The translations under genes and the position numbers were made by a program. The notes beneath the pieces are model-generated. The model saw only the letters and a list, made by a program, of their open reading frames with translations, searched no databases and had not been told where the DNA came from. Of a DNA stretch of 64,000 nt, positions 54,146 through 64,000 are shown piece by piece. Where the stretch lies: the NCBI GenBank assembly GCA_021432655.1, contig MU271189.1, forward strand, positions 1-64,000. Direction: 5' to 3'. The stretch is from Atractiella rhizophila. Taxonomy: Eukaryota. Every line of letters begins with the position of its first letter. The stretch's first letter is position 1.

Positions 54146-54844
54146 ATGTCCTTCACTCATCCGCGCTCACGCCCTCCGCCACCGCCAACACGGAAATGGA
54201 GCATTCCCCTATTCACTCTGCCGATCCTCGTCTGGGTCTACTCCAGCGTATACGAGCCAGTAGCCATATCAGGACGTTCGATGTCTCCCGCCCTCAATCC
54301 CGACAGCAATAAACTAGCTCGAGACTGGATCTTACTGGACAAGACAGCCACCTGGCGCCTGAAGAAGGCCATGAACCTCCACTACGGCTACCGGCGTGGA
54401 GACGTCGTCGTCCTTTCGTCTCCTTCAGATTATGGGAAGATGGGAGAAGGCAGGTTGCTGGTCAAACGGATCGTGGCTTTGCCTCAGGACGTGATCGAGT
54501 TCCCTCTTCCCTTCTTGAATGCGGAGGGAAAGCTGGAGCAGGGGAGGGAGAGCAAGAGGCTTAAGGTGAGGGAGGGACATGTTTGGGTGGAGGGTGATGG
54601 ATCGCCGAGTGTGGATTCGAGGATGTGGGGAGAGGTACCGATAGCTTTGATTAGGGGGAAGGCGAAGAGGATCCTGTGGCCTTTTAGTAGGAGAGGTGAT
54701 ATTGAAGAGGGAAAGAGGTCGAACGAGGGAAGGGCTACGTTGGTGGAGGTCCGTCCTTTCTACTTCTTTCTTTCATTCCTTCGCGTCGAACTAAATGCTG
54801 TAATGCAGGCTTATGATGTTGTACAAGCCACAGATACCACTTAA
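54146..54844 (+). CDS. IMP2: Mitochondrial inner membrane peptidase subunit (S26), Imp2-like
   Basis: GRSMSPALNP (catalytic Ser), RGDVVVLSSP, VKRIVAL (catalytic Lys), GHVWVEGD, DSRMWG, ILWP. Confidence 0.8.
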   Translation: MSFTHPRSRPPPPPTRKWSIPLFTLPILVWVYSSVYEPVAISGRSMSPALNPDSNKLARDWILLDKTATWRLKKAMNLHYGYRRGDVVVLSSPSDYGKMGEGRLLVKRIVALPQDVIEFPLPFLNAEGKLEQGRESKRLKVREGHVWVEGDGSPSVDSRMWGEVPIALIRGKAKRILWPFSRRGDIEEGKRSNEGRATLVEVRPFYFFLSFLRVELNAVMQAYDVVQATDTT

Positions 54845-55221
54845 TGCTACCTCTTTCTTCGGATTTGGCATGCTACGGTCTGAGCGAGCTGAGGAGACGT
54901 CACGTCAACAGTCTTGGTAGCTATTGTGGGAGAGCGCGTCTTGTTTACTAGTAGCGTTTTTGCTTTTTACGCGCTCCAAAGCCTCAGAAGTCTACGATAG
55001 ATTTCAGAAGGACTTTGAATAATGTCATATTCCAAAGTGGAAAGCAGCTTCCTTCTTCCAACTCCATCATAGACATGAATATGAGAGTAACGCAAACTAA
55101 AGACTAAGGTTCACACCCGGTTTCTCCCACCGGTCTTTGCCGTCGACGCTTTTCAAAACTTCGCCCTTCCTCTTCGCCTCACTTCCCTTCTCACCCTCAC
55201 CCACCCACGCACCAGCACACA

Positions 55222-57891
55222 ATGCTATCCACCCTCCGGCGTAGCGCCACGCCCTCCCTCCGCCAAGGTATGTCCTCCTCCTTCCTCCCTCCAACACCAA
55301 AATGTCAGCCAATCACGTCCTCCGAATTATCGCATCACACGAGTCCACAACACTCACCTGCGTTCTCATTCCATGGTGCAGCTGCTTCCTCCTCAAAGAG
55401 ACTCCTCCATGCTTCCTCCTCCAGACGGTACGTCGCCGCTACCGAACCGGCACGGGCGACGGTGATGGATGGAGCGGTGAGCTTTTCTTGACAACCTCCT
55501 ACGCAGGGAATGGTGGTGATGACATGCGTGCATGGTGAAAGGCGACGCTGCAAGGCGGCAAGTATCCGCTTGTCGAGCACGAGGTGCGTTTGTCTTCTTT
55601 GCGTCGAAATAAGAGGAAGAAAGCTTATCCGTCTTCGCTTGACAAAAACAGTACGATGCGATCGTAGTGTCCGTCTCCATCCTCCATATCCCTCACAACC
55701 ACATTCTCATCTCTCACATTGATTTGATTGCAGAGGAGCCGGCGGCGCTGGACTGCGAGCCGCGTTTGGTTTGGCGTCGAGCGGACTGAAGACGGCGTGT
55801 CTGACAAAGCTGTTCCCCACCCGCTCACACACCGTGGCTGCTCAGGGAGGAATCAATGCTGCGCTGGGGAATATGGCGGAGGATGATTGGAGGTGGCATT
55901 TTTATGACACCGTGAAGGGAGCCGATTGGTTGGGCGACCAGGACGCTATCCATTATATGACCAAGGAGGCCATTCCGTTCGTTCCTTCTTCTTGTTCATG
56001 TTGGTTTGGATTGGTGTTGAGGAGATTGGTGCAGGGCTGTACTCGAACTCGAACATTTTGGCCTGCCGTTCTCGAGGACGAAGGAGGGAAAGATTTACCA
56101 GAGAGCTTTCGGAGGTCAGAGTTACAATTATGGAAAAGGAGGACAGGCACAGAGGACGGCATGTTCGAGCGATAGGACCGGACATTCGATGTTGCACACG
56201 CTTTATGGACAGAGTTTGAGACACAACACTAAATTTTTCATCGAATATTTCGTACTCGACGTACGTCCTTCCTCCCCTTTACCCCTATCTTATTGGTGAA
56301 CGACGACTGTGGGGGGGGAATAGTTGATTATGCATGAAGGAAAGTGTGTGGGAGTGACCGCTATTAATATGGAAGATGGCACACTCCACCGCTTCCGTTC
56401 TCATAATACCGTCCTCGCCACCGGCGGATATGGAAGGGCATACTTCTCTTGCACATCCGCTCACACTTGCACCGGTGATGGAAATGCAATGATTACCAGA
56501 GCCGGTCTCCCACTACAGGACATGGAATTCGTCCAATTCCACCCCACTGGAATTTACGGCGCTGGATGTCTGAGTGCGTAGTCTTTCCTATCCTGTTGCA
56601 CTCGAAATGACGATAAAATTGACGGATTCGTCTAGTCACGGAAGGATCGAGAGGAGAAGGAGGAATCCTCATCAACGGCAACGGCGAGCGATTCATGGAG
56701 CGTTACGCGCCGACAGCGAAGGATTTGGCTTCGCGAGACGTCGTCTCGAGGTCGATGACTGTGGAGATTCGGGAGGGACGCGGTGTTGGACCAGAAAAGG
56801 ATCATATCTTCTTGCAGTTGCACCATCTGCCTCCTAAGGTCCTTCACGAACGATTACCAGGTATTTCGGAGACCGCTTCCATCTTTGCTGGCGTCGATGT
56901 CACTAAACAACCGATCCCGGTGCTGCCTACCGTTCATTATAATATGGGTGGTATACCGACCAAATACACGGGAGAGGTATTGACTGTTGATGAGGTTCGT
57001 TTTTTCGTGCATGGAGCTCAGGAAAGAAGAAATTGATGGAGAGGACACAGAATGGAAAAGACAAGATCGTCCCAGGCCTGTACGCAGCCGGAGAAGCCGC
57101 CTGCGTCTCAGTGCACGGAGCGAACCGACTGGGAGCGAACTCGCTCCTCGACATCGTCGTCTTCGGTCGCGCGGCCGCCCTGCACATCGCCGCGAACATG
57201 GAGTCCGGAAAACCGCACGAGAAGATCGACGAGCAGGCCGGGATGAAGTCCTTCGAGGACCTCGACAGGTTGAGGTTGGCGGATGGACCGAAGAGCACGG
57301 CGGAGATTAGGTTGGAGATGCAGAAGACGATGCAGACTGAGGCGGCCGTGTTTAGGACGCAGGAGACTTTGGATGAGGGTGTGAGGAGGATGAAGGAGGT
57401 TCAGGAGTCGTTTGAACAGGTCGGAGTCAAGGATAGGAGCTTGATTTGGAATAGGTAAGGCTTTCCTTACATTTATTTTTAATGCGGCAGGGAAGAGGCT
57501 GAATCGTGTTGGGTAGCGACCTAATTGAAACACTCGAGCTGAGGAATCTCTTGACCTGCGCCTCTCAAACTGTCGTATCCGCCGCTGCAAGGAAGGAGTC
57601 TCGAGGAGCTCATGCACGAGAAGATTACCCGGAGCGAGACGATGAGGTTTGTCTTTTCTCTTGCTCCTTCGCGAAGACAGTTCACTGAGCTCTGTCTGTC
57701 TGGCAATAGACTTGGATGAAGCACACCCTCAGCTTCCAGGATGGCCACAAGCCCGTCAAATTGGAGTATCGGGATGTCATTTCTACGACCCTCGATGCAA
57801 ACGAAGCTGCACCGTACGTCTCTCTGTCCCAGACAAGTGCTGTGCTGATGATGATTTTATTAGGGTACCGCCTGCGAAGAGGGTGTACTGA
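55222..57891 (+). CDS. SDH1: Succinate dehydrogenase flavoprotein subunit, multi-exon
   Basis: [28 protein letters not shown] (covalent FAD His), [50 protein letters not shown]. Confidence 0.97.
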
Positions 57892-58100
57892 TGAGACATG
57901 GAAGAGGTGGGTGTGAATATCTTCGATTTTTATCGTCTTCATTCTATTTGACTTTTGCATGTTGCTCGCATCGGCACTAGTTGCAATCCAAAACAAAATA
58001 ATTCCTCTGAGATCTTTCTGGGACATTTCTGGAGACATTTAAGTACAAGCACAGTCGGATTCTCATTCCAATCCTTCGGTCATTGTTTCCAAGGTTGGCC

Positions 58101-60639
58101 TTACGCTACAGACAGACCAAAATCTATCCAAATGGTCATATTTTAGTTGCACAGTTGACCATCGGAATGGAGATCACCCACCTTCAGCAATTATCAACGC
58201 AGCTTTCTCGCCAATCATAAGGGCCGTGGCATATGTATTTCCTGTGATCCATGATAATGACATTTAGCAGCATCCCAAGGCCTTAAGTTGGAACTGACCG
58301 CCGAGGTGCGATGGGAGGATAGACATGTCCGCCACCTTCAGTTGCTGGACACCTTTCACGTTCAAGCGATGATCCAACACAGTTCCCATAGCGCAGGTTC
58401 CAGCGGGATGCCTACAGAAATGAAAAAATCAGTGATCATTTTCGGTCACTGGATGACGAGCAGGAGATACCAGATGGAAGACAGCCGTTCTGAGGCAAAT
58501 TTCAGCAAAGCAGCATTGTCCTCAGGCGAATAGACGATTGGTTTCTCATCGAAGCGAACTGGGCCGTCTGCAAATTCTTGAACGGCAGCGGAAGAGCCTG
58601 GAGGGTAGCTGGGATGAGCGGCAGGTGGCTCACCGCGGTAGCACGAGAGGCGTCTTGCGAATTCCCTCGTTTTCTTGTACACCCAGACGAGGGTCTCTGC
58701 GTTAATGGGCGAATTGTCGTAGCCTGTTTTATAGATGGGTGGGGAACTGGCAAAAGCGCCAGAAATGTGAATGGAGCCTGAATGTGGTTTTAAGGATGGT
58801 GCAAACAGAAGGTAGAATCGTACCCTGAGAGGCAAGTTGGTTGATGAATCCACCTATCCTTCGAGTTAAGCAGGAACAAGTACACATCTTGAGATGAAGA
58901 CCGACCAGTCGTCCAAAACTGCCCTTCGCCAAAAGGTGTAGGATCTGCTAAGGGGATCTATCCTACATTGAGCGACAGATGGATGATTAGTGACGGGCTA
59001 ACTCACAGGAGCAAAACCAATCCAGGCCATTGCGCGGTCAGGGAAATGTTTAAAGGTCTTCATCCAGTGATCTTGAAACTCTGCAGACATATGTCCAGCT
59101 TCTTCTGCTGTAATGGAAATTTTCGCTCCTACCATATTTTTATCAGATTAAGCGAGTGAAGACCATATCTCTCACCAGCGTCAATGCCTACCGAAGTCGT
59201 GTCCACAACGCGCAAACCATCGTCGTTTGGTGGCCCTCTCAGGAAGAGGAAAATGGCTGTGGTTGCCTCAGCTCAATGGCGCTCAGTGGAAGACGACATT
59301 CGACGGACCTATATGATCGAGGAGACTGCAGCAAATGGATGTCAGAACTCTCCCAAAAATCGCAAGACATGAATGGCTCACTGCTCCCCCACAGCCGCGT
59401 TTTCAACTTTCACATCTATCCCGGCATTTGCTAATATTTCCCGCTGCCCAATACCACTACGTTCTAAGATTAAAGGCGATGCCATCGCTCCAGCCGATAG
59501 AATGACCAGTTTCCTAGCTCGAATGATCCCACCTTCGAACTCGACAGCCGTTGCTTTCCCATTCTCAAGGAGGATTCGAGTCACTTCGGTAGAGTACACG
59601 ATGTGGACGTTGCTCTTTGGGTTTGAAGGCAAAGAATCATCGGAGGGGTAGAATTGCGGCCGAAGAGGATACCTTGCAGTTTTGGTTCAACGCTGAAGAG
59701 AACGGGATGAAGACAGCTCACAGCAAACAATGCGCCACGTCCGAGCGTGCTCCTGTCTGAGGATCTTTCCACTGTTTTATCGTAGATGCTCCATTTGCCG
59801 TATTGAAGTCGTGATTGCTGATAACACCATGTCAGCAACCCTCAACAGCCAGACCGGAACAGACTCTGTTTTTCGTGGAACGCCAAATTTATCCGCAATA
59901 TCTAGCCACTCGGTCGCGTATCGAGAACATTTGGTAGGTGTTACCTTGATCGACATTGGTATTACATTAAGGAAAGAAGGATGCGAATACCTTCAAGCTC
60001 CCACTTGTACCATGCACGCTTCCGTCTTCCACCTCGTCTTGGTAGTTTTCGATCTAGCGAAGTCCTACAATTAAGACAGAGGTACGACACGAAAGAGGCG
60101 GACGAGGAAGCGGGCACCTTCTTGAACAACGGGAGAAGTTGTTCAAAGTTCCAGCCGTCTTGATTCCATGCATCGTACTCCGATTTGCTACCTGCTCTCC
60201 TTGAGCTTCACAGTTTGGAGCAAAAGAAACCAAGCTGACCCCTTGAATACGTTGTCCAATTGATTATGGAGCTTCCGCCGACAGCGCTGCCTAACGTACA
60301 TCTTGGTACAATCTAGTGCTAACAGGTGAGATCACACCTTGGACAAGGGCTGTCTTCCTATCTTCTCCTTGAGATTCGACAAAATGGGTGTACTTGGCTC
60401 CAGGGAACAGGTGTACAGTAGCTTTGGAAGGGTCCTGCACTGATGCGTCATTGATGGCAAGTGGCCCCCTTTCGAGGACTAGAAATGACAACGAAGGGTT
60501 CGCAGGAGCAAGACGGGTAAGCAAGGTAATAGCAGAAGCCCCCCCTGGATGGGAGTCCAGTCAGGCATAAACGTAACATGGATAACAGAGAACCCTGACC
60601 GCCAACAATAATAAAGTCCACCTCCTGGGGATATGACAT
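58101..60639 (-). CDS. GMC oxidoreductase (alcohol oxidase-like, AA3), many exons
   Basis: EVDFIIVG, VLERGP, VGGSSIIN, VILSAGAMASPLILERSGIG, HPAGTCAMG..LDHRLNVKGVQQLKVADMSI, NTYATALMIGEKAALII. Confidence 0.88.
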
Positions 60640-61029
60640 GGCTACGATTAGTGACGAAGACGACAAACCAGTCAGGTCAAAAGTCTTCTGCTTTTGTATT
60701 AGGCAGCTACAAATCGGCAAATAGAGACTGAAATGCTGAGGACTGAGGAGAGGAACGTTCTAATATCCCCTTATCCGCGTTAGGATACAGCGGGGTGAAC
60801 AAGCGAGCGAAAACCAGCCATGCCATACAACCTTAGTCGAGATAGACGATTTGGGTCGACATGCAAGAGAGAAACGAACTTATTAGTTACTGGAGAATAA
60901 GTAGCCGTCCTACCCGGGAGATTGTAGGATGGAAATGTGAAATGTATTGTTTACAGGTATACAGTATCCATCTATACTCACAAACCACGAGCAGTGTGAT
61001 AGTACAAAGACGAGAGGGATGACGAACGA

Positions 61030-63413
<2,384 letters not shown>

Positions 63414-64000
63414 GGTGGCTGTTGTTCTCCGTGAGCGGGTGACTACGGCTCTAGTTTGATTCGTGTCAGTGTGCTGAGTGTAACAGTGCTGAAGTTGGAG
63501 TTGGCTTTCCTTACACAAAAAGCACGACGGGTTTGACCATGACTCACGCATGTACTTTTGAGCCCTTATCTCACCGCCCACAACAACCCTTTTAGAATTC
63601 TGAGTATACCACCAGAATACGCGTGTGGGCGCCTTTCGAACCGTATACAGCAAAGACTATTTGAAACATGAAAAAAATGATTTCAAAACTGAGTCAGGTG
63701 ACTTCTCCCCAAGGGACAGGGGCCGCTCAGCTTGTTAGGAGTAAAATGTACATGGGTGAACCAAAGTGTTACAGAGAAATCCAGGTGAGTGTTTTCAGGC
63801 TGTCTCTCAAAACCTTTCGACTGCCACTTCACTCGACCACACAGATGACGGCTGGTGGAACAAAGCCATTGTATTTGACATTCAAAGATCCTGTAAAACA
63901 ATGTCCAACAAGGATTTTATTATGCTCGACAGATCCGCCTGCTCGAACTCCTCGCCGAGTCCAATAATAGGCCCTTGTGGTTGTGAAGTCATGTCAGACT

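Overview
This is a gene-dense, intron-rich eukaryotic window. The short ~45-70 nt introns and the protein sequences point to a basidiomycete fungus, and it is not bacterial or phage DNA. I reconstructed about 33 spliced protein genes by hand. They include an MT-A70/METTL4-like methyltransferase, cyclin C, Rvb1, a GH5 hydrolase, an AKR7-like reductase, a TMX2-like protein, CBP80, an OTT_1508-type deaminase, a secreted cupredoxin, a GNAT, Nop58, Ecm31/PanB, a SIRT5-like sirtuin, three SnoaL/NTF2-like paralogs, actin, an acyl-CoA dehydrogenase, Vma21, Bud13, Imp2, Sdh1, a GMC oxidoreductase and DDX41. Two RNA genes are invisible to the ORF track: tRNA-Ser(AGA) and a complete U1 snRNA (27127-27303) with variant loop-I and Sm-site sequences. 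The main oddities are: (1) the U1 gene lies head-to-head with a possibly disrupted OTT_1508 deaminase; (2) the GH5 enzyme has a two-helix membrane insert inside its catalytic barrel; (3) a 2.43 kb internal tandem duplication of CBP80 is joined by exactly 20 extra A's, probably a haplotype or gap assembly artefact; (4) ECM31 has a 1-nt frameshift; (5) five introns are abnormally long; (6) at least five introns are GC-AG. Family calls rest on motif recognition, not database searches, and exon boundaries were read by eye.
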